Positions 49,516 to 60,105 of a stretch of DNA of 64,000 nucleotides are shown here, in pieces (positions within the stretch are counted from its first letter, which is position 1; each line of letters opens with the position of its first letter). A program made the position numbers and the translations under genes. The notes below the pieces were generated by a model. It was given only the letters and a program-made list of their open reading frames with translations, did no database searches and had not been told where the DNA came from. This stretch comes from a virus: the IMG/VR virus record IMGVR_UViG_3300025195_000002; one strand, given 5' to 3'.

Positions 49516-49558
49516 AAGCCTAACCACCTAGCCGTGAGGCCGGGTGGTTAGCTTATGC
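49509..49558. terminator. Bidirectional hairpin, near-copy of 32736-32789
   Basis: TAACCACCTAGCCGTGAGGCCGGGTGGTTA between convergent genes. Confidence 0.75.
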
Positions 49559-49560
49559 TG

Positions 49561-51435
49561 TTAACCTCGTTCTGTGTTACGTGCTACTGCTGCTAGTATA
49601 CGTCCAGGTATAGAAGCAGAAACATGTTGAGCGTAAAACGCAGGCGATGTCCATTTATCAAAATCTTGCGCTGCTTGTACAAAGCGACGTTTTAATTTTT
49701 GAACAGGATAAAATTGCTCCGTCAAACCCAATCCACCGAGTATACCCATGTAATCACTGAATGCGGAATCATCATCAAATAATCCCGGTGCATCATTTAG
49801 CGGCATGTGCATAACGCTTGAAAGGTCTTTGATAGAGATAGTAACATCAATCCCTGTCGGTAACTGGTCTACCGACCACCCTATATTACCTGCGCCACGT
49901 GTAATAGATACACTATCGATAATAGATAGACGTGACTGCTGGCGACCCTTTACAAATAAATCACAAAGGAATGGACTTGTATAAGACTGAGCACCTGTAG
50001 ATAGTGGCAATGCCCCTGCTAAGATCATGGCTAGTGGAACGTAGATGTTGGTAAATATACTCATCTTATTTCCATAAGGTGCTCGCAGTTCTAACGTGTA
50101 CGATTCACTAGGAAGTTCTGCAACAGAATCTTGCCAGTGCTCTGGGATGTCTACAAAAGCACTCCCACCTAACGCCGCTATTCCTGATAATCCAACCCCA
50201 TCAGCAACACCTGCAATAACATCTTTAGCGCCACCAATAATACCTTCAATAGCACCTGCTATCACTCCATCACCAATGTTTCCATCTAAGGTAGAGAATC
50301 TAGCTTCACGTGCCGATGATGACATACCGTTAATCTTACTTGCTATGTCAGACTCACCGGTTTGGTTACTGAATGATTCATTGATAGAACGATCAGGATT
50401 AACTTTAAAACTCACCCAGTGTGAGCCATCTGCTAACTCACTTGATAGATGTTCAAAGAACCCAGACTCCCATGATCCAATAGGGTCTTGCTTTTCTTTA
50501 TTAGCATCAGCACCTTGAGCCATGGACGTTGAGTGATATCGGGCCATGTATGCTTTTAAACTCGATCCTTCAGGTACTGGACCTATATCTTGTTCCGTAA
50601 TGTTTTCAGCAGCACGTTTAAGACCATCACTGTTCGTTGCATTTTGTAATGCGGCTTGTTGCAGTACTATCTGCCGGTTTCTAATTCGCTGTGCTCGGTT
50701 AGCGATAGAATAAATATCAATACCACCATCTCCACGAAACACATCTGGAAGTAAGCGGTTAAAGGCTTCAATTTCTTTTGACGTTAAACCCGCCTCGTAG
50801 TTAGGCTCTGCTTTACCTTCTGCATTAACAACGTACGAGTCAATATCAGCAGCACCAATTAGACCCATATTTACTGCTAGGTTATTAACAAGTGTATTTA
50901 CCGCACCCCAATACAACGGCATAGTCGGTTTTAGGTAATAATACTTACTGTACGGTTTATCACCTAAGAAACGATAGATACGGCCCGCTACAACAAAAGG
51001 AAGAAGGGGTATGGCAAATAAAAAGCCGGCCACTCGTCCTATGTTGTAAAGTACCCCGGTCGATTCACCGGTTCGGGCTAACGTCCCCATTGAACTATCG
51101 AAGAAGTTGGTAAAGAACGTTGTTAATGAATTATACTCCGCCACGCCAAAACGCATGTGTAAAACAACTGAATTGTCATCAATCGCCTCGCTATAATAGC
51201 GACCCATTCCCTTTGAAGGGCTAAAGGGTGCCTTTGCTTTGATATCAGCATGGCGTGTAAATTGGGGAGGGTTATTAATGGTGTAATTCCCTCCTAGTGT
51301 TGTATCTGTGTATTTAGTCGACGCCATAGAAAACACGCGGCGGCGTCGGTCGACATCGTCAATGTCAGATCGACGCAGCATGAATGCTTGTCTCAACCAG
51401 GCGGTATCTTCTAACACATCTGAAAGTATAGTCAT
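49561..51435 (-). CDS. Virion/baseplate protein (phiKZ gp182-like)
   Basis: YTDTTLGGNYTINNPPQFT, MGRYYSEAIDDN, LRAPYGN, ITRGAGN; adjacent to the gp181-like gene. Confidence 0.7.
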   Translation of the reverse strand: MTILSDVLEDTAWLRQAFMLRRSDIDDVDRRRRVFSMASTKYTDTTLGGNYTINNPPQFTRHADIKAKAPFSPSKGMGRYYSEAIDDNSVVLHMRFGVAEYNSLTTFFTNFFDSSMGTLARTGESTGVLYNIGRVAGFLFAIPLLPFVVAGRIYRFLGDKPYSKYYYLKPTMPLYWGAVNTLVNNLAVNMGLIGAADIDSYVVNAEGKAEPNYEAGLTSKEIEAFNRLLPDVFRGDGGIDIYSIANRAQRIRNRQIVLQQAALQNATNSDGLKRAAENITEQDIGPVPEGSSLKAYMARYHSTSMAQGADANKEKQDPIGSWESGFFEHLSSELADGSHWVSFKVNPDRSINESFSNQTGESDIASKINGMSSSAREARFSTLDGNIGDGVIAGAIEGIIGGAKDVIAGVADGVGLSGIAALGGSAFVDIPEHWQDSVAELPSESYTLELRAPYGNKMSIFTNIYVPLAMILAGALPLSTGAQSYTSPFLCDLFVKGRQQSRLSIIDSVSITRGAGNIGWSVDQLPTGIDVTISIKDLSSVMHMPLNDAPGLFDDDSAFSDYMGILGGLGLTEQFYPVQKLKRRFVQAAQDFDKWTSPAFYAQHVSASIPGRILAAVARNTERG

Positions 51436-51491
51436 TACGGTTTCCTTAGTTTAAAATAAATAGAAGAGTGGACATCCTTGTCCTTCAGCTT

Positions 51492-54400
51492 CTATGCTGA
51501 CTTGCCCATAGACACAGGAGATTGTGAACGGGTACGTTTACTAGCTTGCTGTCGACGTTGTGCGTCAGCCTGACGCTGCTTAGCCCTTTCTAACGCTGGC
51601 GTTCCACCACTTGTATCAGCGGTATCATCTACCATATCACGCTCACCTGTAATGTGGGCATGGATGCGTTTCAGAGTATCGTCCATTGACTGTTGTACAT
51701 AGAGTGATTCTGACAGTATGGTGCTAATGTGTGACATTTGCTCACTGGCAATCTCTGAGTACATTCGTTGATGGTTATCGACCGCACTAACGCGTCTATC
51801 TGCAAACTGACCTACTGTTGCAATGTGGTCATCTAATACGACACGTTCCCTAGTCTCCTCATCTAACATTGATTGCTGATTGCGTAGACGCTGTTGGTTA
51901 ATTACTTCATCCATATTAACAGTGTAGATATTAGACCCACCTGTAATTGATGTAACCTTATCTCGCGTTGACTCATCCTCAATGTTTGTTTTAGACACTT
52001 CGTTGATAGTAGTCATGTTGCGGGTATCAACGTTGTTTCTATAGAGAGTCTGTCTTTCTGCGATATCTTCGGGTTCTTCATACAGACTACCGTCTACATT
52101 ATAAACCTTGGGCGTTGTCACGTTATCACGTTGAATGATTGGATCAACCATCTTCACTTTTGATACATCAACACCACTGAAGTTATCTGCATTGGCAGCG
52201 ACCGTACCACCCATTAGAGCACCTAAACCTATACCTGTTGTAGATACCAGGTCGAACTGACGTGCTTTTTGAGTAGTACCATTACCACCTATTCGAGTTA
52301 AACCCGAACGAGACAGATTCATGCCAACACCACCCATTCCTGCTAGGGTAGCCATCCCACCGCCAGCAACCAGTGCTGCAGCTTTCATCTTACGTGTCAT
52401 TTCACCTACCGGTGGTTCTACAATGACGTCAGAGGGCTGTTGAGAAGCCAGGGTTGACATTTCTCCAGGGGGAGCAACATAGCCTTCACTTTGACCCATT
52501 AATGGCTCAGGAGGGACTACAGGCTCTCCTGAAGGACTATCAGTTGATACCTCAGTCTTATCTTCAACAGCACCACCATATTCTTGCATAACTTTATTAT
52601 ACTGCTCCGTTACACTTGAACTGTCAACTTGCTGACCGTAGAACGGCGAGGTGTTTCCGATAGCAGGTGAACTCTCCAATAACTCATAGGCGTGTTTAGC
52701 AAACTCCGCATGCTGACCATCAGGTAAATCATCATCAAGATCATCAACATCCATCCCTTCCTCTACACGGTTTGCTAAAGTAGCATACGTAAGTAAAGTC
52801 GGTTTGAATGTCCCTTCATACCAGCGTACAAATGCCTCTAGGTTTTGTGGATTGTTCTGGTCAACATTAAATTGATCACCGAACTCGTCGATAAGATCGT
52901 TATAATCAACCTTAGGTATTCTTGCCTGGCCATCTTCAGCATATGTGACGTCATCTAACGCACTTTCTTCCAATAACCGAATAGCACGCAGTTGTGCACC
53001 ATCCTCGGTATTAATACCCATCTGCTTGAAACGCAAATCTTCGATAGGATCAGCGTCGCTACGGCTAGCTAAGTATTTAGCACCTTTATAACCATAGTAA
53101 AGTCCTGTGGCGGCCCAGCCGACTGGACCTAATGCTACACGACCTACAGCCATGCCGATTTTACCTAGCGTACCAAGCATACTACCAACACCACCTAGCG
53201 CACCCACTCCTTTAGCTGCTAAACTACCAGCGCCACCTAACACGCTACCAATACCAGATACTGCACTGCCCGCTAAACCAGCTAAGGCTGTTCCAGCACC
53301 TAATAAGGCTTTACCAGGTGATTTAATAAGACTACCAATACCACCAAGGGCTTTGCCACCTAGTGATTTAATCTTACTAAACAATCCGCGCTTACCGCCA
53401 GCTTTACCTGCACGTTTCGCTGCTTTACGTTCAGCACGCCGACGTTTACGATCTTGACGTTTGTCGCCATCTAATCTATCGCCGATAGCATCGCCCGCTA
53501 AATCACCCGCCGCTTCACTAGCAACATCACCTAAGAAGCTATCTTCATCCTCGGCATCATCACCCCCAAATAGACTAAATCCTTTAATCTTATCTTTAAG
53601 GCCGCCTAAGAAACCGGCAACGCCACCTAGTACTGCTGCACCAGGTCCTGATTTCTCAATCGTTGCTTTTGCTTTCTCAGCCAAGGTTTCTTTATTACGT
53701 TGGTCAAGATAACTACCATCACGGATACCATCACCATCTGCATCCCCGGCAACTTTCTCTTTCTTGAACGTATTAAGAATAGTTTCTTTTAAACTTTCAA
53801 TAGAGTCTTTTACCCGCATAGATGCATCAGTAGCTTTATCCGACACAACGGTATAAGCGTCTTTACTTGATTCTACTAAGGTTGCCATGTTCTGACTTAA
53901 GGTGCTATCGCTGTCTCTAATTTGTGTCTGGAGACCCTGCGTAACGTCATTAACCTGGGACATGACTTGTTTGGTAATAGCGCTTGTCTTTTCCTGGCCA
54001 CGTTCTAAAAGCGTATAAAGGTGTTTATCCTTAACCTCTTTACTTGCCTTTGTAACATTGTCTACTACTTCAGTTGTCTTCTCGCGTAAAGAATCAAAAC
54101 GATCACGAGCACTGGTAGTATTACTATAGCCAGTAGTAGTTGACTCGCTGCGTGTATCTTTCTCACTAGCCTTTTCCTGGTTTGAGCTAGCCGTTTCATT
54201 ATAACTCCGACTCTCACGTAGAATATTCTCATTTAATGACGATACTTTATCAGTAGGCGATAAAGGCACTGTACCTTCTATTCTGACAACATTACTATCG
54301 TGTAGAACTGATGCAGTTAACTGTCCGCTAGTGGATATATTATCACTATTTAAACCAGAAAAGAAACGACTAGTCTGATCCTGACGCGATGTGATATTAG

Positions 54401-57400
54401 TAGTGTTACTATCCTGTTTTGTCTCACCATTAACTATATCGCGTTGAGTATAATTATCCTGATAAACGTTAGATTTTTCAGTACTTTGACGACTTTCCTG
54501 TAATGAGTCTTTATTTATTGAAGATACTCTACTCGCTGGAGGAATTGGAGGTGGTGTTCCTGATATTGGATCTGAAGCATTACCATCAACCCAAGGACCG
54601 AATACTTTGGTTAGGTCTGAATGGATGATGACTTCTTTAACCCGCATCCCATCTGGTCGTGTAAAGAAACCACTAATACCTTCAGTAATGCTAGTAAACA
54701 TACCACCAATTCGTGAGAATAACCCACCTTGAGGCGTACCATCGTCATTCGAGCCAAATAAGAACTTACCTGCCCGCTTGATACCTCCGGTTACTACACC
54801 TACACCAGCCTGAAGGGTATCCTTACCGAACTCCAAAGCACGAGTTAATAATGATTTAACTTCGATCTTACGACCTTGTTCATCCACTAATCCTTTCTTG
54901 ATATCCTCTACTGATAAAACAATATTACCATCAGCATCAACAACATCACCATCAATATCTTTAATAGAGCGGATAACGTTACCTGTTCTAGCTGAATAAT
55001 ACATGCCTTTCTCAAGCAGAATCTTCAACAGCCTCGGACCATCTTCACCCTTAACGTAGATGTCACCATGCCTGTTAAGCATGTTCTCTACACCAGAAGC
55101 AATGTTAGTTACTCCTTTAAGGGCATATTCGCCAATACCAAATAACCCACGATAATAGCTTTGAATAAAATCAACTGGTGCCTTTAAGATAGACTTGGCA
55201 GCACCCGCCATTTTACTCACACCGTCTTTGTTGAACAATCCTTTAGCGTAGTCTTCAACAGATAAAACGATTTCACCGGTATCCACATCACGAACAGCGC
55301 CTGTGATATCCTTGGCACTCTTAATGATTTTACCAGTTGCTTCATCAATGTATTTACCTTGGCGTAACTTATCACCTAACAAAGTAGGGATTTGTTGACC
55401 GGCGATGTAAAGGTCACCCGGTAGATTGCCAAATTTACCTTTAATAAATTTAGCGCCGCCCAGAACAGTATCCTTAGCCACACCTAAGGCTGATCCACCC
55501 AGGTTAAACATTCCACTGTAATAAGACTTAAGACCGCTAGCGGCACCACCTATTGCCGATTTACCTAAATCAAGACCTTTACCTAAAATACCCCCTAACT
55601 TAATGTCTCTAGAACCAGAGCTATCGCCTGGACCACCTGAACCTAGTGTGGTTATCTTTTCAGACAACCCAGCAATAAGTAATTTAATATCGGTTAGTGT
55701 GGTATCTGAGGATACACTTCTATCCTGTATTGCCATTAGGTATGGAAGGTGTGGATCAGTAGTCTCTACAGAAGAGTCTTCTTCAAGGTTAATATCTCGG
55801 TTCATCCAGGTATCAATACGAGCAATCAATGACGTAGTTAAACCATTACCTTTAATTAACGTATCATGGATAGCTGACCATACACCCAATGTAGAGTCGG
55901 AGGTGTCAGATGGATCTACCTCATTAGTAAACGCCTTAACAGACTCTCTAACTTCTACCTGTGTAGCAGGGTCAAGATCTTTAATGTTCTCGCTGATCGT
56001 TCTTTGAATATCAGTTGTTGAACTTTCACCAACATTGGTAACTTGACCATAGCCACGCTGCACAAGGTTGTTGTTTGACTGTGATGTAATGCTATTATTA
56101 ACAATAATTTCACGAATTGACTCTAGGAGATCAGATTGCGAACCTGACTCAGTGGTGCTGGTGCTATTACTAAAGATACCATCACGTTCTTTTGTTTGAA
56201 GACGTGAGTTTTCAGAGCGGTTAATTAGGGTATTATCAGTAGAAGATATTCCCGTTACTTTATCTGATGACCGATAGTCAGTACCAGCCATTATCTCACT
56301 AATAATATCACGACCTTCTAGTGTATTAGAAATATCGCTTTGGATCATAGACCAGAGCGCATCGCTATCCACCATGTCAGTAACACCATCCCGGTCTTTA
56401 GTAATTAACCCTGACTCACGCAACGCATCTTTATCACCAACTGCTACCGCTTCATTGATAGACTCTTGAAGGTTAGGTAGATACTCTTGAAGACGTTTAA
56501 CCGACCGATTATCATTTAAGACGTTTTGGCTAGCAACTAAACTATCGCCGACTTTACCTTCTTTATTGATAACATAGCGTTCTTTAACAAAGTCTTGTAT
56601 TTCTTTAACCGCATCTTCGTTATCAACAGACGTAAAGGTTGATTCCTGATAATAACGTTCTGGGAAATACCCTTTACCGTTCCTCAGGTCTGTTAATATC
56701 TGAACAGAGAATGCCTCTCTAGCTTCTTGACTTAACTTACCTTCAGGGTCAATGCTGTTAATAACATCGACTGTAGAACTACTTAAACGCTCTCTATCGC
56801 TTGTTGAAAATACCGCTTCACGAATACGGTCTGATTGTGTTGATTCTCTAACAAAATCTTCACCATCAACACTGTACTGTAGACGCTCTGTATTAGGATC
56901 TTGATTGTTAAAGATCTCTAACTGCTGTAACATTCTAGAGAGATACCCTGGAATGATTTCAACAATAGAACGCCGAGTCATCACATCAAAACTGGTAGCA
57001 GATAGCGCTTCTTGTTTAAGGTTCTGTAATACCTCACCATCGGTACCTTGCACACCACCAATGATTTCTTTTAAGAAACTCTCTACGTTACCTCTTAATC
57101 CGGTTGCATCTGTTTCAGAAGACGCATAGCGGTTTAATAATTCAGGGATGTTATCAGCAGCAACTTGTAGTCTATTGGACATCTGCATAGCACGAGGATT
57201 ATTTTCTAATGCCCTGCCTGCTAACCCACTTATCTTAGCACCAATACGCGTCGCAATCTCTTGTCCTGCAATACCACCTACAAGGTCACTTGCTTGCTGT
57301 GCCCCTGTTTGTTTAGGACCGAAACCTTCTAACCCTTCCATAGAGGAGGCGGTTTGCAATAACGCGTTACCTTGATTCAACCCTTCTTTAAAGTTATCAA

Positions 57401-58322
57401 CGTGTTGTTTAACTTTCTGACCTAGGGTATTACGGACACGACTGCTGATACCGGCAATACGAGTACTGACACTTTCAAGCGCCTTACCTGCTAAGCGTTC
57501 ACGCGCCATATCGGCGTATGTTTCAGATAAGTTTACTTTGGCCTCATCAGGCAATGCTGTGTTTTTAACAATGGCACTTAGTGCATTTGCTAAATCAGTA
57601 AAGCCGGCTCTGGCAATGTCAACCAAATCACGTTGAGCAAAATATTGACGATAGTTAAGTTCTAAAAGACGACGTTGGAATTGGGAAGTGATATTATCCT
57701 GATAACTAACCAGACGATTAAATGCTGCAATCATCCGCTCATTAGCGGTCATATTCGCTTCGTGACGTACTGTCTCCCTCTGCTCTGTAATTGTATTTTG
57801 CAGAATTTCTTGGGTCTGCTGTGCCTCTTGACCTTCAACGCTAGCTGCTTGAACTTGGAACAATTTATCTAGATCGCTATGCATCTGCGAATCTTGAACT
57901 TGTTCTTTTGTGGGTCCTGTTGACTCTGCACTAGATTTAATTTCAAGTAACTTTTCAACCTTATTACCTAGGCTATCAGGTAAGATTTTCTTAATCTTAG
58001 GAAGATGAGCTTGGGCATTACGTTTGAATTCGTCGATAGATGGTTTGAGGGCCTGTGCTGATTCATTATAAACAGTCTTAATATCGCCTGTCATTTTATC
58101 AGCAACATCTAAGGCTGAACGGTAGCCCTTAGGTAATGCATCTTTAACAACTTCACCGATAAAACCTGGATCCGTCATAGTGGTTTTAACAGAATTTAAT
58201 GCGCTCTGTCTGAATATTGTAGCGGGGTTGCGATCATCGTTTTGGGCTTCTAGATCGAAGTCCATCATGTCGCCACCTAAATCATCATTTAGGTCATCGT
58301 CGAATTTAATATCATCGGCCAT
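51492..58322 (-). CDS. Large tail / tape-measure-like protein (phiKZ gp181-like)
   Basis: 2276 aa; VKNTALPD and IPGYLSRML motifs, two copies of a GD(L/I)Y..G...G.(I/V)I.S.KDI.G.V.D...G.IVLSVED module, Gly/Ala-rich amphipathic segment; sits between the gp182-like and gp180-like genes. Confidence 0.75.
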   Translation of the reverse strand: MADDIKFDDDLNDDLGGDMMDFDLEAQNDDRNPATIFRQSALNSVKTTMTDPGFIGEVVKDALPKGYRSALDVADKMTGDIKTVYNESAQALKPSIDEFKRNAQAHLPKIKKILPDSLGNKVEKLLEIKSSAESTGPTKEQVQDSQMHSDLDKLFQVQAASVEGQEAQQTQEILQNTITEQRETVRHEANMTANERMIAAFNRLVSYQDNITSQFQRRLLELNYRQYFAQRDLVDIARAGFTDLANALSAIVKNTALPDEAKVNLSETYADMARERLAGKALESVSTRIAGISSRVRNTLGQKVKQHVDNFKEGLNQGNALLQTASSMEGLEGFGPKQTGAQQASDLVGGIAGQEIATRIGAKISGLAGRALENNPRAMQMSNRLQVAADNIPELLNRYASSETDATGLRGNVESFLKEIIGGVQGTDGEVLQNLKQEALSATSFDVMTRRSIVEIIPGYLSRMLQQLEIFNNQDPNTERLQYSVDGEDFVRESTQSDRIREAVFSTSDRERLSSSTVDVINSIDPEGKLSQEAREAFSVQILTDLRNGKGYFPERYYQESTFTSVDNEDAVKEIQDFVKERYVINKEGKVGDSLVASQNVLNDNRSVKRLQEYLPNLQESINEAVAVGDKDALRESGLITKDRDGVTDMVDSDALWSMIQSDISNTLEGRDIISEIMAGTDYRSSDKVTGISSTDNTLINRSENSRLQTKERDGIFSNSTSTTESGSQSDLLESIREIIVNNSITSQSNNNLVQRGYGQVTNVGESSTTDIQRTISENIKDLDPATQVEVRESVKAFTNEVDPSDTSDSTLGVWSAIHDTLIKGNGLTTSLIARIDTWMNRDINLEEDSSVETTDPHLPYLMAIQDRSVSSDTTLTDIKLLIAGLSEKITTLGSGGPGDSSGSRDIKLGGILGKGLDLGKSAIGGAASGLKSYYSGMFNLGGSALGVAKDTVLGGAKFIKGKFGNLPGDLYIAGQQIPTLLGDKLRQGKYIDEATGKIIKSAKDITGAVRDVDTGEIVLSVEDYAKGLFNKDGVSKMAGAAKSILKAPVDFIQSYYRGLFGIGEYALKGVTNIASGVENMLNRHGDIYVKGEDGPRLLKILLEKGMYYSARTGNVIRSIKDIDGDVVDADGNIVLSVEDIKKGLVDEQGRKIEVKSLLTRALEFGKDTLQAGVGVVTGGIKRAGKFLFGSNDDGTPQGGLFSRIGGMFTSITEGISGFFTRPDGMRVKEVIIHSDLTKVFGPWVDGNASDPISGTPPPIPPASRVSSINKDSLQESRQSTEKSNVYQDNYTQRDIVNGETKQDSNTTNITSRQDQTSRFFSGLNSDNISTSGQLTASVLHDSNVVRIEGTVPLSPTDKVSSLNENILRESRSYNETASSNQEKASEKDTRSESTTTGYSNTTSARDRFDSLREKTTEVVDNVTKASKEVKDKHLYTLLERGQEKTSAITKQVMSQVNDVTQGLQTQIRDSDSTLSQNMATLVESSKDAYTVVSDKATDASMRVKDSIESLKETILNTFKKEKVAGDADGDGIRDGSYLDQRNKETLAEKAKATIEKSGPGAAVLGGVAGFLGGLKDKIKGFSLFGGDDAEDEDSFLGDVASEAAGDLAGDAIGDRLDGDKRQDRKRRRAERKAAKRAGKAGGKRGLFSKIKSLGGKALGGIGSLIKSPGKALLGAGTALAGLAGSAVSGIGSVLGGAGSLAAKGVGALGGVGSMLGTLGKIGMAVGRVALGPVGWAATGLYYGYKGAKYLASRSDADPIEDLRFKQMGINTEDGAQLRAIRLLEESALDDVTYAEDGQARIPKVDYNDLIDEFGDQFNVDQNNPQNLEAFVRWYEGTFKPTLLTYATLANRVEEGMDVDDLDDDLPDGQHAEFAKHAYELLESSPAIGNTSPFYGQQVDSSSVTEQYNKVMQEYGGAVEDKTEVSTDSPSGEPVVPPEPLMGQSEGYVAPPGEMSTLASQQPSDVIVEPPVGEMTRKMKAAALVAGGGMATLAGMGGVGMNLSRSGLTRIGGNGTTQKARQFDLVSTTGIGLGALMGGTVAANADNFSGVDVSKVKMVDPIIQRDNVTTPKVYNVDGSLYEEPEDIAERQTLYRNNVDTRNMTTINEVSKTNIEDESTRDKVTSITGGSNIYTVNMDEVINQQRLRNQQSMLDEETRERVVLDDHIATVGQFADRRVSAVDNHQRMYSEIASEQMSHISTILSESLYVQQSMDDTLKRIHAHITGERDMVDDTADTSGGTPALERAKQRQADAQRRQQASKRTRSQSPVSMGKSA

Positions 58323-58412
58323 AGCCTACCCCTAGTGTAATAAAATAAAAGTCTACGTTATATAGTGACGTATCATAGATTTATCGACCATCACCTATAA
58401 AGGAGGTCTATT

Positions 58413-60035
58413 GTGTTAGTTGACAAACTTCCCTTTAACATTGACTTATTGTCTAGTGTTAGTTTTACACGTTCTTTACCTGAAATTCGTTCATTAGACA
58501 TTTACGAACGACAAGACCACCTTAACTTCCATCCAGAAGGTTTATATTCTACAGAGATCTTTGGACGGATGGGTGAACCGTTAAGAGACAAGCAGTTTGC
58601 TTACATCGACATGAAAGTCAGTGTACTTCATCCCGTTATATTTAAGACATTAACTACCATGCGCGCGCTCTATAAAAACATAATGAGTGGCAAGACGTAT
58701 GCGGTGTGGAATGATAACATCAATGACTTTGAGCCTGCGGACGCAGACTCTGGCAAAACAGGTTATGCTTTCTTTATGTCACACTTTAAGTCTATTGCGT
58801 TAAAACGTAATCGTTCTAAAAAGCGTGATTTAAAAATTGATTTAATTGAAAAGTATCAAGACGTTGCTACCGTCAAACATCTTATTGTCCTACCGGCAGG
58901 TCTACGTGACCTTGAAACAGGTGATGATGGCCGGGTTAAAGAAGATGAAATCAATGATGTCTATCGTAGAGTATTGAGTATTGCTAAGACGGTATCGGTG
59001 ACGCAAGGTAACTTAGATGGTGAGTTATTTAATTCCGTGCGTTGGAGTATGCAGACAGCTTTTAATCTAATATACGAAACGCTGCGCACTATGATCGAAG
59101 GTAAGCGAGGATTTATACAGAGTAAGTGGGGTCGCCGTAAAGTCTTTAACGGGACACGAAACGTTATCAGTGCCATGACCACGTCGGCTAAATCATCGAA
59201 TGACCCAAAAATGCCAGATGTCCACGATACTATGGTTGGATTGTTTCAAACATTGAAAGGCTGCTTACCTATTTCTATCTACTGTCTTCGCCAAGGGTTG
59301 ATTGGGGATGTTTTCAGTCAAAGCGATAGTGCAGTCAGACTTGTTGATCCAAAAACATTAAAGCTGGTTAATGTAGATTTAGATAGCGCAACGCTAGATA
59401 AAATGGTAAGTAGTGAAGGGTTGGAACAATTAATTAACCAGTTTCAAGATCGTCATTTCAGAAACCGTAACGCCGAAGTTGCAGGACACTACATTGGATT
59501 GTTATACGACAACGGTGTAGAGGTAAAGGTATTTAACGATATCAATCAGATGCCTGACGACCGTGATATAAAAGATGTACGACCTATAACGTGGGCTGAG
59601 TTATTCTACCTAAGCTGTTATGAACGGTTTAACACGGTTAAGTGTATGGTGACGCGTTACCCAGTGACCGGGATAGGATCGACGTATTATAGTCGAATTT
59701 ATCTTCGAACAACGACAACTGGTCTAGTACGTCAGGTTCTTAACGATCAGTGGTTAGTAGACGAGGATAAGCTATTAGCAAAAGAAATGCCTAACACTGA
59801 CCATAGTGATAGTTACATGGATAGCGCCATGGTCCACTCAAGTCGTCTACCTAATCTTGGGGCTGACTATGATGGTGATATGGTGTCTATTAACTATCTG
59901 TATAGTAAAAATGCGGTTAACGACATCGAGAAGTACCTAAGTAGTAAAGATGCTTTCTTAGATCCTCGCGGCGGATTACAACAATCTAGCAGTGACCTTA
60001 TCGATTGGGCGTTGTTTAATCTTACACGTGCTTAA
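58413..60035 (+). CDS. Virion RNA polymerase beta' subunit fragment (phiKZ gp180-like)
   Basis: FHPEGLYSTEIFG, VLPAGLRD, WGRRKVFNGTRNVI, RYP, LGADYDGD catalytic loop; AGGAGG RBS with GTG start. Confidence 0.88.
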   Translation: MLVDKLPFNIDLLSSVSFTRSLPEIRSLDIYERQDHLNFHPEGLYSTEIFGRMGEPLRDKQFAYIDMKVSVLHPVIFKTLTTMRALYKNIMSGKTYAVWNDNINDFEPADADSGKTGYAFFMSHFKSIALKRNRSKKRDLKIDLIEKYQDVATVKHLIVLPAGLRDLETGDDGRVKEDEINDVYRRVLSIAKTVSVTQGNLDGELFNSVRWSMQTAFNLIYETLRTMIEGKRGFIQSKWGRRKVFNGTRNVISAMTTSAKSSNDPKMPDVHDTMVGLFQTLKGCLPISIYCLRQGLIGDVFSQSDSAVRLVDPKTLKLVNVDLDSATLDKMVSSEGLEQLINQFQDRHFRNRNAEVAGHYIGLLYDNGVEVKVFNDINQMPDDRDIKDVRPITWAELFYLSCYERFNTVKCMVTRYPVTGIGSTYYSRIYLRTTTTGLVRQVLNDQWLVDEDKLLAKEMPNTDHSDSYMDSAMVHSSRLPNLGADYDGDMVSINYLYSKNAVNDIEKYLSSKDAFLDPRGGLQQSSSDLIDWALFNLTRA

Positions 60036-60105
60036 GGTTTTACAGTTGTTAACCTATTACATGAGTCTCTACTAACCCACTACCTATTAACCGAGGAATG
60101 TAACC

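Noticed and set aside
53107-57872. Plus-strand ORFs inside the 2276-aa gene, and similar shadow ORFs elsewhere (e.g. 15094, 18783, 42431, 50096)
   Set aside because: Antisense or alternate-frame ORFs without RBS or motifs, overlapping well-supported genes.
58413-60035. Intron or intein in the RNAP beta' gene
   Set aside because: The ORF is continuous to the DYDGD motif at the expected size; no splice-junction or endonuclease insert seen.
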